NCBI GenBank assembly: GCA_021851405.1
Contig: JAJZDW010000023.1
Span: 718-64,717, forward strand
Length of the DNA: 64,000 bases
Source of the DNA: Pseudomonadota bacterium
GTDB lineage: Bacteria; Pseudomonadota; Gammaproteobacteria; Steroidobacterales; Steroidobacteraceae
Direction: 5' to 3'
A program made the translations under genes and the position numbers. The notes under the pieces were generated by a model that saw only the letters and a program-made list of their open reading frames with translations, was not told where the DNA came from and searched no databases. Each line of letters opens with the position of its first letter. The first letter of the stretch is position 1. Positions 27,977 to 36,598 of the stretch are shown piece by piece.

Positions 27977-27988
27977 ATTACCGTGGTA
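27977..27988 (+). promoter_or_regulatory. 12-nt element ATTACCGTGGTA, identical to the core of the vapB operator
   Basis: It lies 11 nt upstream of ATG 28000. The same 12-mer, on the coding strand, lies 10 nt upstream of the vapB start (6038..6049). A related decamer CATATTACCG also occurs at 27906..27915 and 27974..27983. Confidence 0.45.
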
Positions 27989-27999
27989 CCATCTGCGGC

Positions 28000-28254
28000 A
28001 TGAAAACCATCACTCGTGTGCAGACCGGGGTGCGGCTCGAGCGCCGGCTGCTGAAAGTGCTCAAGGCGCTGGCCGCGGACCTGGAGATGTCCCTCGGGGA
28101 CCTGCTCGAGGGCATCGTGCTGCACGCCTTCGAGGGCAAGGCGCCGTTTTCGGCCACGACGCTGCGCAAGATCCGGGCGCTGAAGGCGGTCTACGGTCTG
28201 GACCTCGCCGCCGAGGACTCGCACCGCATGCACGAGATCGAAGACCATGATTGA
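28000..28254 (+). CDS. small hypothetical protein with a ribbon-helix-helix-like N-terminus
   Basis: 84 aa. The segment TGVRLERRLLKVLKALAADLEMSLGDLLEGIVL fits a beta-alpha-alpha RHH pattern. It overlaps the next ORF by 8 nt. Confidence 0.55.
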   Translation: MKTITRVQTGVRLERRLLKVLKALAADLEMSLGDLLEGIVLHAFEGKAPFSATTLRKIRALKAVYGLDLAAEDSHRMHEIEDHD

Positions 28255-28819
28255 GCGGCCCGCGGATCTCGCCTGTTTTCGGCGCGGCGAGCTCGAGCCG
28301 GCCACATTCACGCACCGGGAGCACCTGCGCATGGCCTTCGAGATGCTGCGCCGTGACGAGTTTCCCGAGACCGCGCTGTATGACTCGCGCGCGCTGCAGT
28401 CCTTGACCGCCCGGGCCGGGGTTCCCGGGAAGTTTCACCCGACGATCCCCGTTGCCTTTCTGTCGCGGCTCGCCGAGCGCATGTCAGGGCGCGGCGCGGA
28501 GACCTTCGAGGCGTTCGCCCTGGCCCATCCGGACCTTCTCGACGGGTCGGTGCTCGAGCGGCTCTACCGCCCCGAGCGTCTTGCGAGCGCGGCGGCGCGC
28601 ACGACCTTCCTGCTGCCGACGACGCTCGCCGGAGAGATCGGCGCAGCCGCGCTCAGCGGTTGGGCTCGGTGTGTCGCCTGGCGCCACGGAGGCACTGCGC
28701 GACGTCGCTGCGGCGCACGATCCGGTAGGGCGCAAAGGCCGCTACGTCGGCCGCGAGCGCATTCTGCGCCGCGGCGAGCTGCGCCATCTGCGCGCAAAGT
28801 GAGCGCACGTCTGCCCTGA
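28247..28819 (+). CDS. conserved helical hypothetical protein; 3' end uncertain
   Basis: 190-aa ORF. The first ~125 aa look genuine (FTHREHLRMAFEMLRR...KFHPTIPVAFLSRLAERM). The Arg-rich tail runs 167 nt into the convergent lipoprotein gene. Confidence 0.5.
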   Translation: MIERPADLACFRRGELEPATFTHREHLRMAFEMLRRDEFPETALYDSRALQSLTARAGVPGKFHPTIPVAFLSRLAERMSGRGAETFEAFALAHPDLLDGSVLERLYRPERLASAAARTTFLLPTTLAGEIGAAALSGWARCVAWRHGGTARRRCGARSGRAQRPLRRPRAHSAPRRAAPSARKVSARLP

Positions 28820-29216
28820 CCTTCGCCGAGCCTCGGTGCGCGGTGCGTTTGATGACCGAGGAGTTGTCCTGCCAGAGTGCGCTGAACAGCGATCCGACGA
28901 CGTCTACGCCCAGCCGGCCGCCCGCTTGGCCGGCGGCGACGCCGGCGGCGGATATCCCGAGGGCGTGCAGGTAGTACTGCTGCGCCACCGTCTGCTCGGC
29001 GGGGCTCAGCGCGACGGTGTGCCGCGCGATCACCAGCCGACCGCTCGCGTGCACGTAGGCGTCGGCGACACCGGGCGCACTGATGCGCACCGCAGTGCCC
29101 TCGATGGCGAACGTACCGTGCCGGCTCGAGGTGCTGATGTGCTCCGTGCACCCCGAGAGAGCGGCCAGCGTGGGCAGCAGCAGAGCACCGATCAGCAGCG
29201 CGATTCGACGGTTCAT
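28653..29216 (-). CDS. lipoprotein, DUF2884-like
   Basis: 187 aa from ATG 29216 with a lipobox LAALSGC. It lies directly downstream of the RND permease. Confidence 0.6.
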   Translation of the reverse strand: MNRRIALLIGALLLPTLAALSGCTEHISTSSRHGTFAIEGTAVRISAPGVADAYVHASGRLVIARHTVALSPAEQTVAQQYYLHALGISAAGVAAGQAGGRLGVDVVGSLFSALWQDNSSVIKRTAHRGSAKVRADVRSLCAQMAQLAAAQNALAADVAAFAPYRIVRRSDVAQCLRGARRHTEPNR

Positions 29217-29242
29217 GGAGCGACTCTCTCCGCGTAGGCGAT

Positions 29243-32200
29243 TCAGGAGGGTTGACTGACTTGCGCGGTCGCGGCCGCAGTGCCGTGCGGCTCGGTGATC
29301 ACCGCCCGCATGATCCGTGGGGCGACCCAACGCTCGATATCGTCGATCAGCGTGAATCCCGCCGGCACCACCACCAGGGTGAGGCCGGTCGAGGTGACCA
29401 GACCGCCGATGACGCCGATCGCCATCGGGGCGCGAAACGCATCGCCGATCGCGAACGCCACCGGCAGCATGCCCGCCACCATCGCCACGGTGGTCATCAC
29501 GATCGGACGGGCCCGTTTGTGTCCGGCTTCGAGCAGTGCGGTCAGACGGTCCTTGCCGGCGCGCATCTCCTCGATGGCGAAATCCACCAGCAGGATGGAG
29601 TTCTTCGCCACGATACCCATCAGCATCAGGAAGCCGATCATCACGCCGAGCGACAGCGGCCGGTCCGTGATGAACAGCGCCGCGACCGCCCCGCCGATCG
29701 ACAACGGCAGCGCCGAGAGGATGGTGATCGGCTGCAGCACTCGGGCGAACAGCAGCACCAGCACGGCGAACACCATGAGGATGCCGGTGCCCATGGCGAT
29801 CAAGAAGTCGGTGAACAGCTCCGACATCAGCCGCGCGTTGCCCGTCTCGGCCAGGTGCACGCCCGACGGCAGGTGAGTCAGCCCCGAGAGCGCATGGATC
29901 TGCTTCATCGCCTTGCCGAGCTGGACGCCGTTCAGGTCCGCATCGATCGCGATCCGCAGGCGCTGATCGCGACTGTGGATCTCGGTCGGTCCCTGCCCGA
30001 AGCCGAAATCCGCCACTGCCTTCAGCGGCACCGAGCCACCGCTGGCGGTCGGCACGGGCAGGTTCTCCAACGTGTTGAGGTTGGCCCGGGCCGAGCGCTT
30101 CAGGTTCACCAGGATCGGCACCTGGCGGTCCGGCAGGGTGAACTTCGCGTCGTTCTGCAGCAGATCCCCGAGTGTTGCGATGCGGATCGTCTGGCTGATG
30201 TCCGCCACGGTCACACCGAGCTCGGCGGCGAGGTCGAAGCGCGGCCGGATGCGGATCTCCGGCCGCGGCAGCCCGTCCGCCGAGCTCACGTCGCGCAGAT
30301 CCGGCAGTGCCGCCATCTGGCTCATGACCCGGTGAGCGGTGTGCTCGAGCAACGACAGGTTGTCGCCGGTGAGGTCTATGGTGATGTCGTGACCGTCGCT
30401 GTCCCCGTTGAAGTTCTGGAAGTAGATCTGCGCGTTCGGAATGCGGCGCAGCTTGGCGAGCATCTGGTTCTGCCACTGAGTCTGGCTCATCGGCCGCTCC
30501 GTGGGCGGCACCAGGCTGATATACAGGTTCGCGCCGCGTACGCTGCCGTTGCCGCCGACCGACTCGTCGATCGACTTCACGTAGCGTTGACGGGCGAGGA
30601 TGCGATACGCCTCATCGGCGACCTTCTCGGTATCCTTCAGCTGCACTCCGGGCGGCATTTCGATCGAGAGCGACGCGCTGCTGCTGTCGGAGTTCTGCAC
30701 GAAGGTCTTCGGCACCAGGATCAATCCGCCGATTGAGGCGGCGAAGAACATCACGCCGAAGAAGATCGTGATCCAGCGGTGATGCACGCACCAGCGCAGC
30801 ACCTGCAGGTAGCGTGTCATGACCGGTCCGTCGTGCTGTTCCGGTAGCGGCTCGGATTTCAGCGTATAGGCGGCGATCACCGGCGTCAGCAGCCGGGCCA
30901 CCAGCAGCGAGAAGAACACCGCCGCGGCGACCGTCAGGCCGAACTGCTTGAAGTACTGGCCGATGATCCCGCTCATGAAGCTCACCGGCATGAACACCGC
31001 GATGATGGTGCAGGAGGTGGCCACCACCGCGAGCGCGATCTCGTCGGCCGCATCGAGCGCCGCCTGAAAGGCGCTCTTGCCCATGCGCTTGTGGCGCACG
31101 ATGTTCTCGATCTCGACGATCGCGTCATCGACCAGCACGCCGGACACGAGTGAGAGGGCGAGCAGACTCACCTGATTGAGGGTGAAGCCGAGCCAGTACA
31201 TGACGCCGAAGGCAGGAATGGCCGAGAGCGGGATGGCGAGGGCGGAGATCAGGGTTGCGCGCAGGTCGCGCAGGAACAGCCACACCACCAGCACCGAGAG
31301 GATCGAGCCCTCGATGAGGGCCTCAATCGCGGAATGGTAGGTTTGCTTGGTGTAGGTGACCGAGGAGAACGTGCGGTGGATGTTGACGCGGGGAAATTCC
31401 TTACGAATCCTGGCGAGCTCCTGCTGCACACCTTTCAGCACCGTCACGTCCGAGGTGCCCGGTGCTCGCTGCACGCCGAAGGAGATCGCCGGCTCGCCGT
31501 TGAACTTCTCGATGCTGCGCACCTCGGCGGCGCCATCGCGCACCGTGGCGATGCTGCCGAGCCGCGCGAAGCGTCCGCCGGGCAGGGCGATCTGGGTCTG
31601 CGCGAGCTGCCAGGCCGTCTGCGCCCCGCCGAGCACGCGGATCGTCTGCTCGCCGTTGCCCAGATCCGCCCGTCCGCCGGGCAGGTCGATGTTGAGGTTG
31701 GTGAGCTGGCCATTGACCTGTGCGGCGGTGATGCCGAGCGCCTGCATGCGCGCCGGGTCGAGCTCGACGCGGATCTCGCGGTCGACCCCGCCGTAGCGCG
31801 ACACCTGGGCTACCCCGGGTACGGTGAGCAGCCGCTTGGTGATGGTGTTGTCGATGAACCAGGAGATCGCCCGGTCGCTCATGTCCGTCGAGCTGACCGC
31901 GTAGTAGACGATCGGCCCACCGTCGATTTTCACTCGTTGCACCACCGGCGGCAGGATGTCGGTGGGCAGATCGGCCTGTACCTGGGTGACCGCATCGCGC
32001 ACCTCGGTGACCGCGCGGTCGATCGGCGTGCCGATTTCGAACTCGACGTCCGTTTCCTCTCCGCCCTGATAGGCCTTGGAGAGAATGTGGCGGATGTTGC
32101 CGATGCCGGCCACCGCCGCTTCCACGCGGCGCACGATCTGAGTCTGCACCTCTTCGGGCGCTGCACCCGGCTCGGTGACGACCACCGAGACGATGGGATA

Positions 32201-32326
32201 GGAGAGATGGGGATTCAGCGTCACCGGCAGGCGCACGAACGCCGTGGCGCCGATGAACAGCAGCACGACGAACAGGACGATGGGGGGCAGCGGGTGCTGG
32301 ATCGCCCAGGCCGACAGGCGTCTCAT
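29243..32326 (-). CDS. RND efflux transporter permease (AcrB/HAE-type)
   Basis: 1027 aa with 12-TMS AcrB architecture and two large periplasmic loops (N-terminus MRRLSAWAIQHPLPPIVLFVVLLFIG). Confidence 0.9.
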   Translation of the reverse strand: MRRLSAWAIQHPLPPIVLFVVLLFIGATAFVRLPVTLNPHLSYPIVSVVVTEPGAAPEEVQTQIVRRVEAAVAGIGNIRHILSKAYQGGEETDVEFEIGTPIDRAVTEVRDAVTQVQADLPTDILPPVVQRVKIDGGPIVYYAVSSTDMSDRAISWFIDNTITKRLLTVPGVAQVSRYGGVDREIRVELDPARMQALGITAAQVNGQLTNLNIDLPGGRADLGNGEQTIRVLGGAQTAWQLAQTQIALPGGRFARLGSIATVRDGAAEVRSIEKFNGEPAISFGVQRAPGTSDVTVLKGVQQELARIRKEFPRVNIHRTFSSVTYTKQTYHSAIEALIEGSILSVLVVWLFLRDLRATLISALAIPLSAIPAFGVMYWLGFTLNQVSLLALSLVSGVLVDDAIVEIENIVRHKRMGKSAFQAALDAADEIALAVVATSCTIIAVFMPVSFMSGIIGQYFKQFGLTVAAAVFFSLLVARLLTPVIAAYTLKSEPLPEQHDGPVMTRYLQVLRWCVHHRWITIFFGVMFFAASIGGLILVPKTFVQNSDSSSASLSIEMPPGVQLKDTEKVADEAYRILARQRYVKSIDESVGGNGSVRGANLYISLVPPTERPMSQTQWQNQMLAKLRRIPNAQIYFQNFNGDSDGHDITIDLTGDNLSLLEHTAHRVMSQMAALPDLRDVSSADGLPRPEIRIRPRFDLAAELGVTVADISQTIRIATLGDLLQNDAKFTLPDRQVPILVNLKRSARANLNTLENLPVPTASGGSVPLKAVADFGFGQGPTEIHSRDQRLRIAIDADLNGVQLGKAMKQIHALSGLTHLPSGVHLAETGNARLMSELFTDFLIAMGTGILMVFAVLVLLFARVLQPITILSALPLSIGGAVAALFITDRPLSLGVMIGFLMLMGIVAKNSILLVDFAIEEMRAGKDRLTALLEAGHKRARPIVMTTVAMVAGMLPVAFAIGDAFRAPMAIGVIGGLVTSTGLTLVVVPAGFTLIDDIERWVAPRIMRAVITEPHGTAAATAQVSQPS

Positions 32327-33582
32327 GAGCGCACCGTGTGCGCCTGCACCTGCACCGTCTCGCCGCTTTGCAGGAAGCCCCCGGCGAGCGTCACCACGCG
32401 CTCACGGCCGGTGAGTCCCCGGTCGATGACGACACCCGTGGCGATCACCCCGCCGAGGATGACGGAGCGGCGTACGGCGACATTCTTGCGGTTCACGACG
32501 AACACATACGATCCGGCCGAATCCGTCATGACCGCGGTCTGCGGCAGCACCGGTCGCTCCGCGTGGCTCTCCAGGATCACCGCGCGCGCGAATGCACCGG
32601 GGCGCAGCGCCGGATTGGGCTGCAGCGCAATGCGCACTTGGCCGAGGCGGGTCTCGGGATTGATGGTGGCCCCGAGCAGCCAGATCCGCCCCGAGAACGG
32701 GTGGGGGTAGCCGATCAGGTAGACCTGAGCCGGCTGACCGATCTTCAGCGCCGCGAGGTCCTGCTCGGTCACCTGTCCTTTCAACTCCACACGCCCGGCC
32801 TCCTCCAAGGTGAACAGTGCCGGTCCCCCGGGACTCGCCACCTGGCCGACCTCGGCGTCGCGGGTCAGCACGATTCCCGCAGCCGGTGCGACGATGCGGG
32901 TCAGGGCGAGTTCGGCGCGCTTCTGGCGCAGCTGCGCGGCGACCATGCGCTCGTTGGCGGCGTCCATGGCGGCCGTGGCCTGGCTCTGCTCGATGTTCTG
33001 CCGGGACAGCCCGCCGTTCGGGCCGATGGCGAGCGCCCGCCGGTATTCGGCGGCCGACAGCGCGGCCTGGGCCCGCGCCTTGGCGAGCGATGCGGCGAGT
33101 TGTGCCACCTGGGGCTTGAGCACCGAGTCATCGAGCTGGGCGAGCAGCTGGCCGCGCCGAACATGATCGCCGACCTGTACGGCGACCCGCACGATGCGCT
33201 CGGCCTGACCGCCATCCCCGATCGGCAGATCATGCCGCGCCGAGATGGTGCCAGTGACGAGTACCTGCGTGCTCACCGGCTGCAGTCCCGGCACCATGGT
33301 GCTGACCAGGGGCACGAAGTGGCGGTCCGCGAGCGGGACGAGGACGGCATGTTTGGCGCCGGCATGCAGCCACAGCCCCGTGCCGAGTGCCGCGGCGAGC
33401 ACCAGAGCGCCGGTGATCAGCCAACGCTTGCGCAGGCGGCGGTGCGCCGGAACGAGGACATCGCCCGCGGCGCTGTCGCGTTCGGCCCAGCCGAGCGCAT
33501 CGCTCCCGGGCGCGCTGGGAGCGGCGGGGGCCGCCAGTACGTCGCTGCCCTGTTGTTCAACCGTGATATCGGTGTTGCTCAT
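32323..33582 (-). CDS. RND efflux periplasmic adaptor (MFP)
   Basis: 419 aa with one TM anchor, then lipoyl/barrel-sandwich and coiled-coil segments. It has a 4-nt overlap with the RND gene. Confidence 0.85.
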   Translation of the reverse strand: MSNTDITVEQQGSDVLAAPAAPSAPGSDALGWAERDSAAGDVLVPAHRRLRKRWLITGALVLAAALGTGLWLHAGAKHAVLVPLADRHFVPLVSTMVPGLQPVSTQVLVTGTISARHDLPIGDGGQAERIVRVAVQVGDHVRRGQLLAQLDDSVLKPQVAQLAASLAKARAQAALSAAEYRRALAIGPNGGLSRQNIEQSQATAAMDAANERMVAAQLRQKRAELALTRIVAPAAGIVLTRDAEVGQVASPGGPALFTLEEAGRVELKGQVTEQDLAALKIGQPAQVYLIGYPHPFSGRIWLLGATINPETRLGQVRIALQPNPALRPGAFARAVILESHAERPVLPQTAVMTDSAGSYVFVVNRKNVAVRRSVILGGVIATGVVIDRGLTGRERVVTLAGGFLQSGETVQVQAHTVRS

Positions 33583-33708
33583 GACGGATAACTGCCCTGT
33601 CAGATGGACGTGCGGCGAAGGGTGTTGAGAGTGTGGTGATCGAGAGCGACAGGTGTGCCGGTGGGCCGTAGCCGCACGCTGCGCAGGCGGGCGGGGTGCG
33701 GGACCCTC

Positions 33709-35427
33709 TCACACCAGTCCTTGTGTCTTCGGCGTGAGTACCACGACGGTGCCGGCGATCTTGTCGTGCCAGGCTTGCCGTTCGCGGTCGAAGGCGATCC
33801 AGAAGAATCCCAGGCCGGCGGCGATCAAGGAGAGGAAGCAGCCGAGGGCGCGCAGGATGGCCGTCTCCCAGCTGACGGGCTGACCGTCGATGCGCACGAC
33901 ACGCAGGTGGCAGATGATGCCGCCGACCGTCGTGCCGCGCAGTTTCCACATCAGCGCGCCGTAGGTGGCCAGCACGAGCAGCAGGCCGTCGGTGCCGTGG
34001 TGCTCGATCGCGCTCAACGCGAAGCTGACCAGCACCAGGTCGATCAGCAGCGCCAGCATGCGGATCCAGAATCCTGCGCGCGGCAGCGTGGCGAGTTCCA
34101 TCGGCGTCGGTGCCGGGGGCGGCGTTGCAGCAGCGGATACGGTCGCCTCCGGGGGGGGCGCACCGCCCTCAGGCGCGTGGGGTGGCACGGTGCCGGCCGC
34201 GGGACCGAACCCGGCGAAACCCGCCGGCGCCGCCGGTGCCGCGGCGCTGCGCGCCGCACGCAGGGCGAGCAACAGACTGTAGATGACCGCGCCGAAGCCG
34301 AGCGTGCCGATCAGGGCGTAGACGATGAATCCGAGCACCGGCACCATGTAGAGCGCCAGAGCGATGACGCCGCCGAGGAGGACGTACAGCACGGGGTGGA
34401 CGCCGCCGCCGCGCACGCCGCGCAGGATCCGCCCGCCGAGCCAACCGAGCGCGACGACCCGGCCGAAAATGCCTGCACCGAGCAGCGCGAGCCAGAACAG
34501 CGGGATCGCCAGAATGCCGACCACGGTCATGACCAGCGCCAGCATCAGCACCGGCGTCAGCAGCGTCATGGCGACCGCGGCCAGAAGCGACGCGCCCGGA
34601 TGTTCATCGAGGGTCTGGATGCTCTTCTGCAGGCCTTCGCGAAACAGCAGCGCGAGCAGTGCGTAGAACAGCAGGAGCACGCCGGCGACGCCCCACGCCC
34701 AGCCGATGTCCAGACGCGGCGCGAGCAAGCGGCCGAGGAGCAGGCAGTGCTCGCTCCAGGATTGCAGGCCCGCGGCGCCGTGGAACATTCCGGACATGAT
34801 GTTCGCGGTGCCACCGTCGATCACGCTGCCCGGATCACGCTGCACCGATCCGAACACGTCCACCGCCTGGCCGTGGATATGCGCTGTGGGGCCGAGCTTC
34901 AGATCGCCGAATACCGCCACGGCGTTGCCGCCGACCGAGCCATTGACGCTCGAGTCGCCGAACACACTGACCGTGCTGTTGGCGACGCGGCCGCTGGCCT
35001 GCAGGTTGCCCATGATCGCGACCACCGAGTCCGACACGTCGCCGTCCGCTACGCTGTTGCCGAAGACCGAGACCACGTCGCAGGCGCTCTTGCCGGCCGG
35101 CAGCCGCACGCTGTGGAAGACGGAAACCAGTTCCTGATCATCCGGGCAGGAGTGATGGTGGTCGTGCACGGTCACGATCGCGCTGGCGTTGTCGGTGATG
35201 CCGACGCCGTTGCGGCCGATGCGAATGTGGCTTGAACCGTTTTCGACATTGATGCCGTGCGAGCCGATCTGCACCTCAGTCGCGTCGTGGTGCGAGACCG
35301 TGGTCACGGCGCCGGAGGCGCTGATGACGGCCGCCTGTCCGGCCCCGGCCGGTACGATGCCGCCGCCGAAGGCGAGCAGTCCGCTCAGCGCTGTGGCGGG
35401 GAGAAGCGATTGGAGGACCTTGTTCAT
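33709..35427 (-). CDS. multi-domain membrane protein: signal peptide, beta-helix-like VxVFG repeat region, polytopic TM region, Pro/Ala linker, C-terminal RDD domain
   Basis: 572 aa from ATG 35427. Six V(S/A/D)(V/I)(F/M)(G/H) repeats recur every 17-19 residues (aa 101-194). It also has a HDHHHSCPDD patch and an RDD-family tail (FWIRMLALLIDLVLV...FDRERQAWHDKIAGTVVV). Confidence 0.7.
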   Translation of the reverse strand: MNKVLQSLLPATALSGLLAFGGGIVPAGAGQAAVISASGAVTTVSHHDATEVQIGSHGINVENGSSHIRIGRNGVGITDNASAIVTVHDHHHSCPDDQELVSVFHSVRLPAGKSACDVVSVFGNSVADGDVSDSVVAIMGNLQASGRVANSTVSVFGDSSVNGSVGGNAVAVFGDLKLGPTAHIHGQAVDVFGSVQRDPGSVIDGGTANIMSGMFHGAAGLQSWSEHCLLLGRLLAPRLDIGWAWGVAGVLLLFYALLALLFREGLQKSIQTLDEHPGASLLAAVAMTLLTPVLMLALVMTVVGILAIPLFWLALLGAGIFGRVVALGWLGGRILRGVRGGGVHPVLYVLLGGVIALALYMVPVLGFIVYALIGTLGFGAVIYSLLLALRAARSAAAPAAPAGFAGFGPAAGTVPPHAPEGGAPPPEATVSAAATPPPAPTPMELATLPRAGFWIRMLALLIDLVLVSFALSAIEHHGTDGLLLVLATYGALMWKLRGTTVGGIICHLRVVRIDGQPVSWETAILRALGCFLSLIAAGLGFFWIAFDRERQAWHDKIAGTVVVLTPKTQGLV

Positions 35428-35906
35428 ACAGTGTGTGCCTTGGAATGCGGCAGCGTGGGATAGAGCAGGAGGTAGCCGAGTGCGCCCAGCATCGCGTAGG
35501 CCGCCCCGACGACGAGCAAGCCTGCAAACAGCCACTCCGAGGGGATCGCGTGCGCCAGACGCACGGCCAGCTCGCCGAGATCGAGAATCGTGCGGCTCGT
35601 GCCGCGCACGCCCCGCACCACGTGCCCGACGCCTGCGCCGGCGAGCGCGTGGCCTACGTACTCGCGCAGGCGCGTGGCGAGCATCCACGCCACCGGCACG
35701 CATAGCGCGCAGGCGGCGAGCAGCAGCACGCGAGCGGCGCGCGGCCAGCGGGAGATCCCCGCGAGGGATCGTGAGTCGGCACGCCGTTCGATTTCACGCC
35801 GAACGCGCGCTTCGAGCGAGGCGGGAGCGATGCAGGGCGGCAGTTCGCGCAGCGCCTGGTGTGCCAGCTGCTCGAGCTGTTTTTCAAGAGAGGTACGGTC
35901 GTTCAT
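35424..35906 (-). CDS. putative anti-sigma factor (membrane protein)
   Basis: 160 aa. It has ATGA overlaps with both the ECF sigma gene upstream and the 572-aa gene downstream, a short cytoplasmic N-terminus and two TM helices. It has no HxxxCxxC motif. Confidence 0.5.
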   Translation of the reverse strand: MNDRTSLEKQLEQLAHQALRELPPCIAPASLEARVRREIERRADSRSLAGISRWPRAARVLLLAACALCVPVAWMLATRLREYVGHALAGAGVGHVVRGVRGTSRTILDLGELAVRLAHAIPSEWLFAGLLVVGAAYAMLGALGYLLLYPTLPHSKAHTV

Positions 35907-36487
35907 GTCGGTGCACAGCTCCGGTCGGTGCGGGGGCCGAGTCCGCCGGCGGCAAGGGTCTTGGCCATGGCGAGGCGGCCGCGCAGGATGTCGGTCTTGG
36001 TCTTCGCGAGCGAATGACCGAGCCGCGCGGCGATGTCCTGGTAGGACATGTCTTCAAAGTGAAACAGTACCAGCGGTACGCGCTGGTGATCGGGAAGGCT
36101 GCGCAGCGCCGCGTCGATCAGGGCGCGACGCTGCTGCTCCTCGAGCTCCTGCAATGCGCCCGCGAAGGCTGCACTCGCATCCTCGATGTCCTCCTCGCGT
36201 GATTCGTCGGTGAAGACCTCGGTGAACAGACGCCAGCGCTTGCGATGGCGCGTCAGATGGTTCAGCGCCAGGTTCGTGGCGACGGTTTTCAGCCAACCGC
36301 CGGGGCTTGCGCCCTCGCCGAGTCGCTCGAAGTTCTCGTACGCCTTCAGGAACACATCTTGGCTGATGTCCTCGGCCTGTGCGGGGCTGCCGATCAGCCG
36401 TACTGCCGTGGAAAAAACCATGTCCTGATAAGCGCGCATGAACGCTGCGAACTCTTGAGAATCGGGCCTTGAAGTTGCCAATTGCAC
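35903..36487 (-). CDS. ECF (group IV) RNA polymerase sigma factor
   Basis: 194 aa with a GTG start. Region 2 reads AEDISQDVFLKAYENF...WLKTVATNLALNHLTR and region 4 reads SYQDIAARLGHSLAKTKTDILRGR. Confidence 0.85.
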   Translation of the reverse strand: MQLATSRPDSQEFAAFMRAYQDMVFSTAVRLIGSPAQAEDISQDVFLKAYENFERLGEGASPGGWLKTVATNLALNHLTRHRKRWRLFTEVFTDESREEDIEDASAAFAGALQELEEQQRRALIDAALRSLPDHQRVPLVLFHFEDMSYQDIAARLGHSLAKTKTDILRGRLAMAKTLAAGGLGPRTDRSCAPT

Positions 36488-36507
36488 GGGGTGATCATCG
36501 TTTGAGA

Positions 36508-36536
36508 CAAGAACACCGGCGCTGCGGAAAAGTTGC
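36508..36536 (-). promoter_or_regulatory. possible ECF-type autoregulated promoter
   Basis: On the minus strand the sequence reads GCAACTT-N16-TTCTTG, about 20 nt upstream of the sigma start. It resembles the GGAACTT-N16-TCxxx class only loosely. Confidence 0.25.
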
Positions 36537-36598
36537 AGAGGACCGGCTGCGCTCCCGGCGGGGAGGGTAGGCCCAGATGCTTATAGCAAAGAATAGGC

